The notes under the pieces were generated by a model. It made no database searches. It was not told the origin of the DNA and saw only the letters and a program-made list of their open reading frames with translations. A stretch of DNA of 64,000 bases from an uncultured delta proteobacterium (GTDB lineage Bacteria > Desulfobacterota > Binatia > UBA9968): NCBI GenBank assembly GCA_963760795.1, contig CAVXEP010000022.1, positions 160,001 through 224,000 on the forward strand, given 5' to 3'. Shown piece after piece: positions 41,818-53,498 of the stretch; the stretch's first letter is position 1, and every line of letters starts with the position of its first letter. The translations under genes and the position numbers were made by a program.

Positions 41818-42165
41818 CTAAACCGGCCAGCCATGCTCGGAAAGATCGATAAGATTGCCGTCGGGATCGGCGATGCGATATTCCGCTTCTCGGTTGGGCG
41901 GCCGTTTCTGCACTTCGGTTTGCGCGCCGAGTTCCTTAGCGATCGGCCGCAACGCCTCGATGCTGTCGAGCTCCATGCCGAAGTGATAAAGCCCTTCTTT
42001 GTAGTGCGGCCGCTTTTCGATGATCGCCAGATTGATATAGCCGTCGGATAAGTAAATCGCCGGGCCGACGCCGTCGATAACTCTGAGACCGAAAGCTTCG
42101 GTGTAGAATTTCACCATCCGCTCGCGGTTCTCACTGACAATCGCTAGATGCCGGATCCTTGCCAT
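41818..42165 (-). CDS. VOC family protein
   Basis: IRHLAI, GLYHFG, DPDGNLIDLS. Confidence 0.87.
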   Translation of the reverse strand: MARIRHLAIVSENRERMVKFYTEAFGLRVIDGVGPAIYLSDGYINLAIIEKRPHYKEGLYHFGMELDSIEALRPIAKELGAQTEVQKRPPNREAEYRIADPDGNLIDLSEHGWPV

Positions 42166-42262
42166 GATTTTCTCCTTTGGCCAAATTATTAGGTAATCAA
42201 TCGCCGCCTGTCATTTCGATCAATCGCGGCTTCACAGCGAAGTCGTGATATTTTCAAACCGT

Positions 42263-42506
42263 CTATTCTTCCTGCCAAACATTTTCTGGATGGCGTTGCA
42301 TCAGTTCGTCGACGAATTGCGCGAACTCTCCCTTTGGCTTCCGAGCCGTCCGCTTGAATGCCGCCGTCATGGGCACCCAATAGACAGATGACACGGCCGT
42401 CGTTTTCAGTTATCTCGATGAATGAATTGGTGCCGAAAATGACCTGAACTCTTTTGTATCCGCGCTGCCGATCGCCTTCGACAACGACAGCTCTAATTTT
42501 CGCCAT
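42263..42506 (-). CDS. small hypothetical protein (~80 aa; probable frameshift near 42331)
   Basis: GAGGT RBS; removing one G gives ...GSEAKGEFAQFVDELMQRHPENVWQEE*. Confidence 0.55.
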
Positions 42507-42561
42507 GTTGACCTCACGATTCGAATGCGCTGCTTTTTCTATTGCGGGCTATGTTCCACAG

Positions 42562-43593
42562 CTATTTCAGCAGCTCGCGCAGTTTACTGACCACCACCGG
42601 GTCTGCTTTAAAAAATCCATTGACGACCCGCTCCAATTCCTCGCCGGTTACCGGTGTCAATTCGAAGTTGCCTTTCTTCGCTTCGGCGACGAAATCCGCG
42701 TCTTTCATAGTTTCGAGAAACGCCCGGCGGAGGATCTGCACCCGGTCTTTCGGTGTGGCGGGAGGAAACGAATAGATGTAAGTGATCGCGCCGACATCGT
42801 GCAGCCCAAGTTGGAGCAGCTTTTTACCCATATCGGTTTTCGCCAAACTCACGGCGGTGGGCACGTCCGGAAGTTCGGGGTGCGGCGCCGGTGTATTTTG
42901 CAAGACGACTTTCACTTCGCCGGACTCCAGCTGCTTGCGCCAGGTCACTTTCACCGAAGCCCAGGCCAGGCCGCAAATCCCGGACACCTCATTGGCGTCG
43001 ATGGCGAGACGGATCTCCGCCGTGCCCTTATATCCGGAAACGATTTGCGTCGGCACACCTATGGCTTCGCGCAGTATGGCGACATTGTCATAGGCGCTTG
43101 ATCCCGGCGGCGTGGCTCCTATCTTCACCGGCGTCGGTGACGACAGCCACTTCTGCGCGCTGTCGATGCCGCTCGCTCGCGACATCACGCAGGTGTCATG
43201 GTTCTTTACCGGCGCGCCGACATATTCAAATTTGCGCGCGTCGAACTCGACGCCGCTGCGGCCGAGAACTTGATGCACCACCAGGTTGCCGATCCAATTG
43301 CCGAGCGTCAATCCGTCAGGTTTGGCCTGGCGATAGAGATAATTGGTGCCGATCAGGAACGCCGCTCCCGGCATGTTCTCAATCGCAAAGCTGGGATTGC
43401 CGGGAATATGCTTGCCCATGTGCCGGGCGATCATGCGCGAGTACGCATCGAAACCGCCGCCCGGCGTGGTCGCTACGACGATCCGAATGGTTTTGCCTTT
43501 GTAAAACTCCTCCGTGTAACCGGTCGACCGACTCAATACATGGGCCGCCGCCAGTACCGAGAAAATGATCCCCAAGCGCTTGCCAAATGTCAT
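42562..43593 (-). CDS. Bug/TctC substrate-binding protein
   Basis: FYKGKTIRIVVATTPGGGFDAYSR, NMPGA, GYKGTAEI. Confidence 0.9.
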   Translation of the reverse strand: MTFGKRLGIIFSVLAAAHVLSRSTGYTEEFYKGKTIRIVVATTPGGGFDAYSRMIARHMGKHIPGNPSFAIENMPGAAFLIGTNYLYRQAKPDGLTLGNWIGNLVVHQVLGRSGVEFDARKFEYVGAPVKNHDTCVMSRASGIDSAQKWLSSPTPVKIGATPPGSSAYDNVAILREAIGVPTQIVSGYKGTAEIRLAIDANEVSGICGLAWASVKVTWRKQLESGEVKVVLQNTPAPHPELPDVPTAVSLAKTDMGKKLLQLGLHDVGAITYIYSFPPATPKDRVQILRRAFLETMKDADFVAEAKKGNFELTPVTGEELERVVNGFFKADPVVVSKLRELLK

Positions 43594-43790
43594 CGTTCAC
43601 CTCGCTCCGTTAATTATCATCTCTACCGGAACCCCGCCAGCTTTAACCCCGCGTGCGCACCAGTTCCGCCGGAAATTTATTCAAACAACACGGACCGTTT
43701 TAAAATCGCGAAAAAATCGCCGAGAAATTACCTGCGTGTGGCCCTCGTCGACGTTACTCCGCGTGCTCTGCGCCTGCGCAGACAGCTAAG

Positions 43791-43862
43791 AGGGCGGGTT
43801 TCAAACCCGTCCCTACGCATCCGACTCTTTTTTATATGCGCCCTTTGCGTTCTTTGCGGCTA
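43791..43862. repeat. Composite: GTAG-type REP plus Family A-variant arm
   Basis: AGGGCGGGTTTCAAACCCGTCCCTAC followed by TGCGCCCTTTGCGTTCTTTGCGGCTA. Confidence 0.7.
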
Positions 43863-44983
43863 ATCGTCCTCATTCATCCCATATAGCCGCGCGCAATTGT
43901 CCCAAAGAATCTTACGTCGGCTGGCTATCGCCGATGTCTTTAATCTCGAAAAATTCATCGAGCGCATGGGGAAAATGCGCGTCGATGTGAGGGTAATCGG
44001 TGGAGATCAGAATCGTCTCGTCGCCGATCCGTTTGATCACGTCGGTGACAAGCTCTTCATCGGGGTCCATGGAGATGAAACACTGCTGCAAGAAATATTC
44101 GCTCGGCTGGCGCGACAGCGGCACATCGGCTAACGGCCCGTGCAACTTGGCCCGCTCATCGAGCCGGTAGAGCAGCCAGGGCAGCCAGGCGCAGTTGCCT
44201 TCGAGAAACGCGACGCGCAGCTTGGGAAACTTTTCGAGCACGCCGCCGGCGCAGAAGCAGGAAATCGCTTGAATCAGCTCCACCGGATTGCGCAGCGCCA
44301 GGGCGACGATGTTGGCGTTTGGATGGCCGAAAAATTTATTCGCCACTTGCTCCTGCTTGGGCCTGGCCGGCGGATGAAAGCATAGCGCCACGCCGAGCTT
44401 TTCGATCTCAGCCCAGAGCGGATCGAAATAGCGGTCATGGATGCGCTTGCCGTTGATCGGCTCGGGGCATAACGACAAGGCGCGGATGCCGAGCTCATTG
44501 ACCGCCCGGCGCACCTCGTCGACGGCTAAATCGACATCATGCAGCGTGATCAACGCCGAAGCTTTCAAACGGGCGGCATCTTCCTGGCAAAAATCTGCGA
44601 TCCAACTGTTCCACGCCTTGCAAAGATCGTTGGCGTACTCCGCTTCCAAGGTTTCGTCGCAGTGCAGCGGCGAGGTGCGGAACAACACCGCCATGTCCAA
44701 CCCTTCCATGTCCATGCCTTGCAGCTGCGACACCGGATCGTAGTCCCGCGCCACGGCGAAAGCATAGCGCTCGGCGACCTGCTGCTGGCCGTGGTTGATC
44801 ACGTCGGTGATCGCCCGCAGCGTTCGTGCCGCCGCCGAGCTTGAACTCGACGCGGCCATGCTTGCCGTTGCGCTGACCTTTCGGAATGCGTTCGCCCCAT
44901 TTGGGATTCATGTATTTGTCATAAAGATTCGCCGCGTCGTAAACATGCATGTCGCTGTCGAAGGTCTTGAAGCCATTTTTCAT
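43860..44983 (-). CDS. amidohydrolase-2 family protein (frameshifts ~44820 and ~43923)
   Basis: DSDMH, FHP, FLEGNCAW, STDYPHID; corrected end RRKILWDNCARLYG. Confidence 0.87.
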
Positions 44984-45045
44984 TGGCTAGTCTCCCACGG
45001 TGGCTAAGTATCTTCGAAAACGTTTTGAACGGCTGGCTGGTCAAT

Positions 45046-46068
45046 TTACTTCTTCGGCAAAAGTAAGTCAGCCAACTTTTTCAAGACCTGTGGTGAAATA
45101 TTTTTAAATCCGGCGATGGTCGCAGCCAACTCCTCGCCAGTCATTGGATCGACTTCCTGCTGCGCGGTTTTGGCATCGGCCAGAAAGGCCGGATCCTTCA
45201 GTGTCGCCTGCACCGCGTTACGCAACGTTTGCACTTTATCCTTGGGAGTTCCCGGCGGCGCCGAGTAAGCAAGCGTGATCGCGTTCAAATCGTGGATGCC
45301 GACCTCGATCAGTTGTTTGGCCTCATCGGTTTTGGCGTAATTGATCGCCAATGGCACATGGGTCAATTCAGGAATCGACTTGCGGTTGGTTTGCAAAACC
45401 ACATGCACATCGCCGGCCTCATACTGGCGGCGCCAGCTGCTTTTTAACCCCTGCCAGCTCGTGCATTGCCCCGCAAGCTCACCCGCCTCCGCGGCCATAG
45501 TGATGTCCGCGGTGCCTTTGTAGCCTTGGACCAACTGAATCGGCAGATTAAGCGCGGCTTTGAGAATCGTCGAAATATCATCAGGACGCGTGCCCGGCAC
45601 CTGGCCGCCCATCTTCACCGGTATTTTCGCCGCCTGCCATTTTTCCATGCTGTTGATGCCGCTAGCCTTGGTAAACGCGCACAGCATGGTCTGCTGCACC
45701 GGCACGCCGATCCATTCGAACTTGAGCGGATCGAATTCCAAGCCGGTCCCGCCAAGCATTTTTTGCAGCGTCAAACTGCCGACCCATACGCCGATGGTCA
45801 AACCGTCCGGTTTGCTGCGATTGTAGAGATGATTGGCCGCGATCACCGTGCCGGCGCCGGGCATGTTTTGCACCACGACGATCGGATTGCCGGGAATATT
45901 GCGTCCCAGATGGCGCGCCACGATGCGCGTCATGGTATCGAAACCACCGCCCGGCGGCGCGCCGACTAGAAAGGTCACCGTCTTGCCGCGGTAGTAGGAT
46001 TCCTGAGCGCCAACCAGAGGAGCCAAAAAAAACAGCAACAGCAAAGTTAACACACGTGCAACAAACAT
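45046..46068 (-). CDS. Bug/TctC substrate-binding protein
   Basis: YYRGKTVTFLVGAPPGGGFD, NMPGAG, APPGTP. Confidence 0.9.
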   Translation of the reverse strand: MFVARVLTLLLLFFLAPLVGAQESYYRGKTVTFLVGAPPGGGFDTMTRIVARHLGRNIPGNPIVVVQNMPGAGTVIAANHLYNRSKPDGLTIGVWVGSLTLQKMLGGTGLEFDPLKFEWIGVPVQQTMLCAFTKASGINSMEKWQAAKIPVKMGGQVPGTRPDDISTILKAALNLPIQLVQGYKGTADITMAAEAGELAGQCTSWQGLKSSWRRQYEAGDVHVVLQTNRKSIPELTHVPLAINYAKTDEAKQLIEVGIHDLNAITLAYSAPPGTPKDKVQTLRNAVQATLKDPAFLADAKTAQQEVDPMTGEELAATIAGFKNISPQVLKKLADLLLPKK

Positions 46069-46088
46069 AACTTTCCCCCCGGAATTAT

Positions 46089-47048
46089 TTATGATTTGGG
46101 CTTGATCCCCAGCTCGCGCTGGGCGTCGCGGAGGAACGTAAGATCGGCGACTTCGGAGTTCACCACCGCGCGCTCGATCTTCATCGCCTCACGGCCCTGA
46201 TCGATGACCAGTTTAAGCCCGCTCTCCGACATGCCGCCGTCTTCGCTGAAGATTTTCCAAGTCGAGTCATAGGTCGCCGCCGCGCTTTCCCGGTCGACTT
46301 TGATCCAGTCCATCATGGTCTGAATCGTTCCCTCGCGATTGGCACGAACGAAGCGATTGGCCTTGAGCATGGCTCTAACCATGCGTTTCACCTCGTCGGG
46401 TTTCTCCTTGATCTTTTTCAAGTTCGTGCCGATGCCGGTAAACGGCAGCTTGAACAACTCGTGGAAGCGCGACAGCACGCGAAAACCGCTGCGCTGTGCT
46501 TCCGTATCCGTGGGCGGGGACAACACCGCGACGTCGACGATGCCCTCTTTCAACGCCGCGTAACGCCCTCTTTCGGCGCCGAGCTGAATGATTTTCAATT
46601 CCTTCTCCGGATCGACGCCGCCGTGCTTCATCATCATGCGCGCCGCCACGTCGGAGGTCGCGCCGTAGGTGCTGACCGCCAAAGTCTTGCCTTTCAAATC
46701 GCGAATGGTCTTGTACTCCGGCCGGGCAATCAGCAGATGGGTCGAGCTGTCCATGAAACTGGCAACCACTTTCATCGGCAGGCCGCGCAACGCGCCGCGC
46801 ACCACCGAGGCGAAAACCATGGTGTAATCGATATCCCCAGTGGCCAGCGCCGTGATCGAGACATTGGCGTTCATACGAATCAATTCCACGTCCAACCCCT
46901 CATCGCGAAACATGCCGCGCTTCTGGGCCACACCGGCGGTTAGAAATGACACATCCACCGCCGAGATCGACATGCGCACTTTGTCGGCGGCCTCGCCGAC
47001 TCCCTATACATCAACAGAAATAACAAACTTAAAAGCCATACTCTTCAT
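46089..47048 (-). CDS. ABC substrate-binding protein, NitT/TauT family (signal-peptide region disrupted by indels)
   Basis: GMFRDEGLDVE, LKGKTLAVS; the leader RVWLLSLLFLLM lies out of frame just after ATG 47048 and a GAGGT RBS. Confidence 0.83.
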
Positions 47049-47073
47049 CCGAAACACCTCAATTCTGACATGC

Positions 47074-48036
47074 TCAGCGAATCTCTTTATGAATCTGCCG
47101 CACCAGCGAATAATCGACGATATCGCGAATATTGATTTCTTTCTTCACCCCGGTCTCCGCTTTGGTCTGCTCCAACAAGTCTTTCAACACCGCGTCGCTT
47201 ACCGTGCCGTCGTCGCTCAAGGTTTGCAAAACGATCCGGTGCGTCGCCTCAGCGGTAGCGGGATCGAGACCGAACCTGCGGCCGATGAATTCCACCACAT
47301 CTTTCTTGTCTTCCTTGACCGCTTTCAACGAGCGAAGAAAGCCGCGCAGCATCTTTTTGATCTGCTCGGGATTGCGCTCGATACGCTCTCTTGAAGTGGC
47401 GATGCCGGTTAGCGGCTGGGTCAGCACCTTACCCGTGAAGATCAACTCCTTGAAGCCCTTTTGCGTCAGGCGAAAATTCCACGGCACCGGCATGATCGCC
47501 GCCTCCACTGAGCCGGCTTCCAGTGCCGCCATACGGATCGACGCCGCGCCGATAACGATCAAGGTCACGTCTTTGTCGGGGTCGACCCCCAGGGCTCTCA
47601 ACGACGCCCTGGTCGCCAGCGCGCCGGTGCCGCTGAGCGAGGCCACCGCGACTTTCTTGCCCTTCAAATCCTGGCCGGACTGTATGTTCGGATTGCCCAT
47701 TAGATAGAACAAGAGGCTCTTGAAATCATGGGACACCACTTTCATCGGCAGACCGCGCACCGCTGCGGTGATTGCCGTGCCGGCGCCGTACATGAAGTCG
47801 ACATCCTTGCCGCCGACAATGGAGCTCACCGCCAGCTCGCCGCGCAGCACGCGAAACTGGAGATCGATGCCCTCCTTGCGGTACAAGCCCTTCTCGATGC
47901 CGTAAATTAGCGGCGTGATGCTGATACTCTCGCTCGAATGGGTGATCAGCAGTTTGTCCAGCGGTTGTGCCACGCCGCTCGTGGGAGCAAGGAGACAGAC
48001 TAGAAGTAAGATAAAGGGAAGAATGGGAAGTTTCAC
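47074..48036 (-). CDS. ABC substrate-binding protein, NitT/TauT family
   Basis: Signal peptide, GLYRKEGID, DLKGKKVAVASLSG. Confidence 0.88.
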   Translation of the reverse strand: MKLPILPFILLLVCLLAPTSGVAQPLDKLLITHSSESISITPLIYGIEKGLYRKEGIDLQFRVLRGELAVSSIVGGKDVDFMYGAGTAITAAVRGLPMKVVSHDFKSLLFYLMGNPNIQSGQDLKGKKVAVASLSGTGALATRASLRALGVDPDKDVTLIVIGAASIRMAALEAGSVEAAIMPVPWNFRLTQKGFKELIFTGKVLTQPLTGIATSRERIERNPEQIKKMLRGFLRSLKAVKEDKKDVVEFIGRRFGLDPATAEATHRIVLQTLSDDGTVSDAVLKDLLEQTKAETGVKKEINIRDIVDYSLVRQIHKEIR

Positions 48037-48264
48037 CGGTGCTAGTTCACTCCTGGCTGAAAAATTAGCGAATCCACCCTGGCGTCACAGATCGTTATCG
48101 CTGACGGATAGGATTTACTTACCTGGTTTGAAATAGCAGATACAACCGCATCGCGGCAATGAATTTACCGCAACAGGATGAGCAGTCAGCCGATCGGAAC
48201 TAAACGCAAAACCGATGAGTCTATCAACCTTGGCAATGGGAGGAGCCGGAATCCCCCTTAGTTG

Positions 48265-48301
48265 CCGCACTCCATGGCCGGTCACGGGCCATGGAGTGCG
48301 G
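48265..48301. terminator. 15-bp hairpin downstream of the PQQ-type genes
   Basis: CCGCACTCCATGGCC-N7-GGCCATGGAGTGCGG. Confidence 0.6.
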
Positions 48302-48330
48302 TTTAGAGGTCGGCGCTGAGAATGGCAATG

Positions 48331-50055
48331 CTACGGTTGGACCTCGATGCTCAGCGCTTTCGACAATGAGACACCGAGGGCATCGGTCACTTCGAAAGTC
48401 AGGTTGGCAGTGCCGGCAGTGGTCGGCGTGCCGGTAATTTTTCCGGTCGCCGGAGCCATGGTTAGGCCCGCCGGCAGGGTGCCGGCCGTGATCGACCAGG
48501 TATGGGGAATTTTGCCAGACATGGCTGCTAAGTCGGCAAGATATCTTCGTCCAACTCGGCCCGTGGGTAGGCTATTCGTGGCGAATACCAGCGCCCGATA
48601 GATCCGCGATTGAAAGTCCTTGGTCGTCGATGCCCCACTCTGCTCCGTCACTTGCACGGAGAACGAATATTTTTTCATTTTGGTCGGAGTCCCGGTAATC
48701 GCATTGTTGACGATGGCGAGGCCGTCCGGCAGCGCACCGCTCAATAGTGTAACCGCATATGGCGCCGTGCCACCGGCAAGACTCAAGTCCAAATTGAATG
48801 GCACACCGAGTTCGCCGTCGGCCACCGACGATGCGCCAATTTCCACGACCCGATGAACGACATAAATCGCGCCATCGCTGATCGAAAGCACGTAGAGCAG
48901 TCCGTCCGGGCCGGTTCTCACGTCTGAGATGCTTCCGAAATCGGTGCCGAGCCGAACATCATTGCGCTCGTTGGCGCTGTCCGCCACTTTATCGCGCAAA
49001 TCTTCGAGGAGTGTAAAATCTATACCGTCGCGCCGTTTGTTCAGTTCAAACCTGGAGAGATTGCCAAACACATAGTCGCCAATAAAAAGGTTGTTTTCAT
49101 ACTCGGGGCCCAATTCCAGAGAATCGACAAACGCCATTCCCGTCAACCCGACGGACTCAAACCAGGAGAATTCGGGATCCGAATAACGCGACCGCGTCAG
49201 AGAAAACAAATCCGCCTCGTTTTCGCCTTCCAGGTCACGACTCATCGGCCCCTGAATCTTATTCCAGCCGCTGTTGAAACCCGGCGCGACGAGATTGATT
49301 TCATCCCAATTAGCCGGACCGTTCTCGGTGTTCCAGAGTTTCCCGCTTACCGGATCAAACGCCATGCCGAATGAATTGCGAATACCGTAGGCGAAATACT
49401 TCGCCACGACTCCGCCCTGAGAATAAAAAGGATTGTTCTTCGGCGCCGTGCCATCGTCATTGAGCCGGAGAATGACCGATGTATCGTTGGGCGCGGCGCC
49501 GCCGGAATTGTTTTGCAATTGCCCGGACAGCCCTTGATCGCCGACGGTGACATAAAGTTTGCCATCCGGGCCGAAAGCCATGACGCCGCTGTAGTTTCCC
49601 GAAGTAGCGGAAAACGGCAGACTCATAATCAGCAGCGGTGCGGTTAAGGCGCCGCTCGCGCTATCCCAGGTGTAGCGGTAGATGCGGTTCGCCACTGCCG
49701 AACCGAGAGTATCGTTGCCGCCGCTCCCTTCGGTGTAAAACAAGTACACATACTTGTTGGTCTGAAAATTCGGATGTATCGCAATACCGAGCAGCCCGCC
49801 GAACGACCGCGGGTCGACATCCACATCCAGCACCGGATTGGCCAGCAACGCACCGTTGAGGACACGGCGCACTTTACCGTCGTTTTTTTGCAATACCAGA
49901 ATGTCGTCCACGCCGATAAATGCCATGGACGATGGAATGTCCAAGGTATCGGCGACGAGACTTACGGTTAAATTCGGGTCAAGTATTGTCGGCTGCGCGT
50001 AGGCGGAAACGGCGTTGATACAAAGTGCAACCAGAGCATAGCAAAGCTTCCTCAT
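48331..50055 (-). CDS. secreted glucose/sorbosone (PQQ-type) dehydrogenase-fold protein with two C-terminal Ig-like (He_PIG-type) repeats, paralog A
   Basis: Signal peptide, GLLGIAIHPNF, FGPDGKLY, YGIRNSFG, TENG..DEIN; GALPDGL..ITGTPT repeats. Confidence 0.85.
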   Translation of the reverse strand: MRKLCYALVALCINAVSAYAQPTILDPNLTVSLVADTLDIPSSMAFIGVDDILVLQKNDGKVRRVLNGALLANPVLDVDVDPRSFGGLLGIAIHPNFQTNKYVYLFYTEGSGGNDTLGSAVANRIYRYTWDSASGALTAPLLIMSLPFSATSGNYSGVMAFGPDGKLYVTVGDQGLSGQLQNNSGGAAPNDTSVILRLNDDGTAPKNNPFYSQGGVVAKYFAYGIRNSFGMAFDPVSGKLWNTENGPANWDEINLVAPGFNSGWNKIQGPMSRDLEGENEADLFSLTRSRYSDPEFSWFESVGLTGMAFVDSLELGPEYENNLFIGDYVFGNLSRFELNKRRDGIDFTLLEDLRDKVADSANERNDVRLGTDFGSISDVRTGPDGLLYVLSISDGAIYVVHRVVEIGASSVADGELGVPFNLDLSLAGGTAPYAVTLLSGALPDGLAIVNNAITGTPTKMKKYSFSVQVTEQSGASTTKDFQSRIYRALVFATNSLPTGRVGRRYLADLAAMSGKIPHTWSITAGTLPAGLTMAPATGKITGTPTTAGTANLTFEVTDALGVSLSKALSIEVQP

Positions 50056-50085
50056 GATCAACCTCCTCGAAACGAACTAGGCCTG

Positions 50086-50101
50086 AGCAATTTGGGGGCC
50101 G
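50086..50101 (-). promoter_or_regulatory. putative sigma-54 promoter
   Basis: Minus strand CGGCCCCCAAATTGCT (GG-N10-GC) just upstream of the RBS. Confidence 0.55.
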
Positions 50102-50402
50102 TTAATCGACGAGGAAACTTGGTGGAAATGCATTCCAGCCCATGCGAAGGATTACCGGAATGGCCTATCAAGACTAGATTGATGACATAAAGGCACAATT
50201 TATCATGTGACCTGCGATCAAATAGGCGTTTATGGAATTAACAAAACTGTCCGCTCGGGCATAATAACTGAAGAAATAGAATGGCAACTTCCACGATCAC
50301 CGCGCGTTGCAAGGAAGGGCCCGGACAACCGCCTGGGCTGCGTCAGCGGGCTCACTCAACGCCAGGCTTCGACAAAACAGACTCGGACGCCAGCGCGACG
50401 GA

Positions 50403-52104
50403 TCATTTCACTGTGAAGACAAACTCTTTCTGCGCCGTGCCGCCGAGGACATCGGTCACCCGAAAGGTAAGGTTTACGCTGGCCGCAACCAGTGGTGCGC
50501 CGGCGATCCTGCCGGTCACCGGGTCCAAGGCTAGTCCCGCCGGCAAGACACCGGAAACCAAGGACCAGGAATAAGCCTTTTTCCCGCCCCGTGGCGATAA
50601 GCGGCGCGGAGAATTTTCTACCAACGCGGCCAATCGGTAGTCGATTTGTCGCGATGGCGACGGCTGTCACGATTTTCAAGCGATAGCTTCTGCTCGCCGA
50701 CGCGCCGGCCGCGTCGTCAAACTTTAGGGTGAAGACAGACTGGCGTGCTTGGCTCGGAGTCCCAGTGATATTCGTACCGCCAACGGTGAGTCCCAAAGGC
50801 AAAGTGCCTCTAACAAGTGTAGCGACATAGGGCGGAGTACCTCCTGCGACAGCCAGGCCGCCATTATACGCAACGCCAACTTCACCGTCTGGCAGGGTCG
50901 CACTTCCCAGACTGAGACCGGGCTCGATGACATACACCGCACCGTCGCCTATCGAAACTACGTACAGCTTGCCATCGGGACCCAGTTTTATGTCTGTGAT
51001 ACCGCTAAACCCCATGCCGACGCGTACGGATTCCCGTTCCGCAACGCTGTCGGCGACGAGATCGGCGAGCCCGCCGCTCAGAGAAAAACCGTCACGAGAT
51101 TGATTGAGCGGGAGACGATAGAGATTGCCGTTATTCACATCGCCCACCAGTGCGCTGTTTTGATAATCGGCAGCGAACAATTGGGAATTCGGAAATGCGA
51201 TCGCGGTCACTCCCACCGGCGCCAACCAGGAAAACTCAGGATCGGCGTAGTGGGCGCCAGCGACGGCAAATAAATCCGCGACACTGTTGGCGTTGCGGCT
51301 ATCTGGCCCCATCAACTTGCGCCAACCGCTGTTGAACCCGGCTTCGACGATATTGACCTCGTCGTAACTGTCGGGGCCGTTTTCCGTATTCCACAGCTTT
51401 CCGGTCACCGGATCGAATGCCATGCCGAAAGAATTTCTGATGCCGTAGGCAAAATATTTCGCCAGATTACCGCCCTGGGCAAAGAACGGATTATCACTGG
51501 GCACCGTGCCGTCGTCGTTGAGGCGCAAGATAACCGAACTATCGTCGGGCGCGCCCGTGGCATTATTTTGCAGTTGGCCATTACGGTTGAGATCGCCGAT
51601 GACAATGTAAAGCTTGCCGTCTGGACCGAAGGCAATGACACCACCGTTATGGTTCGGCCCCGGGGAAATCGGCAGGTCAGCGATCAGCGTTCCAGGAGCC
51701 GCTAACGTGCTGCCATTCCAGCTGTAACGATAGACGCGATTGGCCGTACCATTACCGGAATCATCGCCCGAACTAGTCTCGCTGAAATAGAGATAAACAA
51801 AAGCCGTAACCGGGAAGTTTGGATGCAACGCGATTCCCAGCAAACCCCGCTCGGACTGCCCATCGACATTAAGGTCGAGGACCGCGGCGGATTGCAGCAC
51901 GCCCGCCGTAACCCGTCGGACTCTACCATCGTTCTTTTGTAAGACTAGAAAATCGTTTGCACCGATAAACGCCATCGTCGTCGGCTCGCTGAGCCCCGCG
52001 ACCACTTGGCGTACGCTGAGACCTGGATCGGTCAAAATCGGCGCGCCCCAGACAACTTCTGCGCTAAGAATCAGCGCAAATAAAAAAACCATAATCCGCT
52101 GCAT
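50403..52104 (-). CDS. secreted PQQ-type sugar dehydrogenase with Ig-like repeats, paralog B (frameshift ~50587)
   Basis: ERGLLG, NHNGG, YGIRNSFG, TENGPDSYDEVN; corrected C-terminus GGKKAYSWS..LPAGL..TDVLG..VFTVK. Confidence 0.85.
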
Positions 52105-52142
52105 ATTTGGTCCCCCGCCCCAATGCTAACAATCTAGTTTAG

Positions 52143-52158
52143 AGCAAAACAAGGGCCC
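52143..52158 (-). promoter_or_regulatory. putative sigma-54 promoter
   Basis: Minus strand GGGCCCTTGTTTTGCT (GG-N10-GC), 39 nt before ATG. Confidence 0.55.
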
Positions 52159-52423
52159 TAGCTTTCCCAGTCGATCGTTTTGTCCTGATTCTGATCGATC
52201 CCTGACAAACCCCGTCATACTTCCAGGTATCCCGAAGGAGCGGCGGCCAAACAAGGTCCGCCGGCTGCTGATCTTGTAGTTAGTCTATCCTGGATCGGCG
52301 ACGGCAAATTTGATAAGCAGCAAGACATCAGTTAATCGTCAGCTAGGTTTTGCCCATCCGCCCTAAAATAGCGGATGCAACTGCGGCGCGGCAATGATTT
52401 GCCGGAAAGAATATGAGGTAGTT

Positions 52424-53477
52424 ATGAACGGCCCAATCGCCAACGTCGAAGAACTCGATCGCCGCCTCGGTGAGAAATGGATCTCCGGCATCTGGCGTAT
52501 CCCCGCCGGTGCTCGTCCCGGCGATCCCAAGACCAAGGTAATACCGCACCTGTGGAAATGGGCCGACATCTACGACGGCCTGCTGCAAGCGCGCGATCAG
52601 ATCGCCGTCGAGCGCGGCGCCGCCGAACGGCGCACGCTCAGATTGGTCAATCCCGGCGTGCAAGACATCGAGATGACCACGCACACTTTGCTAATGTCAT
52701 TGCAGATGATTCAGCCCGGCGAAGTCGCGCCGCCACACCGCCACACCATGTCGGCGATCCGCTTCATCTTGCAGGGCAAGGGCGCTTACACCAACGTCGA
52801 CCAGCAAAAGATGGTAATGGAAGACGGCGATTTGATCCTCACGCCGTGCTGGGCCTGGCACGAGCATGCCCATGACGGCGCCGAGCCGATGGTCTGGATC
52901 GACGGCCTCGACGTGCCGTTCGTGCAGTCGTTGCAAGTGATCTCCTTCGAACCCTTCCCGGAAAAGCGCATGCCGTTGGCCGAACCGCGATATGACACCA
53001 GCGCCTACGGCATGGCCCGGCCGGTCACCGGCGATGAACCAGCGCCCACCGCGCCGCTGCACTACCGCTGGCGTGATATTTATCCGGCGCTGAAAAAGCT
53101 CTCCGAAGGCCCGGCCAATCCCTACGAAGGCTACGCCATGGAATATGTCAATCCGCTCACCGGCGGACCGACCCTGCCGACCATGTCCTGTTGGATACAG
53201 TTATTGAAACCCGGCCAGCGCACCCAAGCGCACCGCCATACCAGCACGGCGATCTACCACGCCTTCCGCGGCGAAGGCACGACGGTGATCGACGGTAAAC
53301 CATTCCACTGGCAAAAGGGCGACTGCTTCGTCGTGCCGCTTTGGCACTGGCATGAGCACGCCAACACCGTCGGCAAGCGACGATGCGATTCTCTTCTCGA
53401 TGAACGACGCGCCGGTGCTAAAACCGTTTGGCCTGTACCGCGAAGAAGGGCCGGGCAAATCTCAATTGGGGCTGTAG
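52424..53477 (+). CDS. gentisate 1,2-dioxygenase-like bicupin (frameshift ~53368)
   Basis: AERRTLRLVNPG, PPHRH, WHEH, WIDGLDVP, YVNPLTGG, AHRH; corrected end LFSMNDAPVLKPFGLYREE. Confidence 0.87.
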
Positions 53478-53498
53478 CACTGGAATCCGCCTTTCGGT

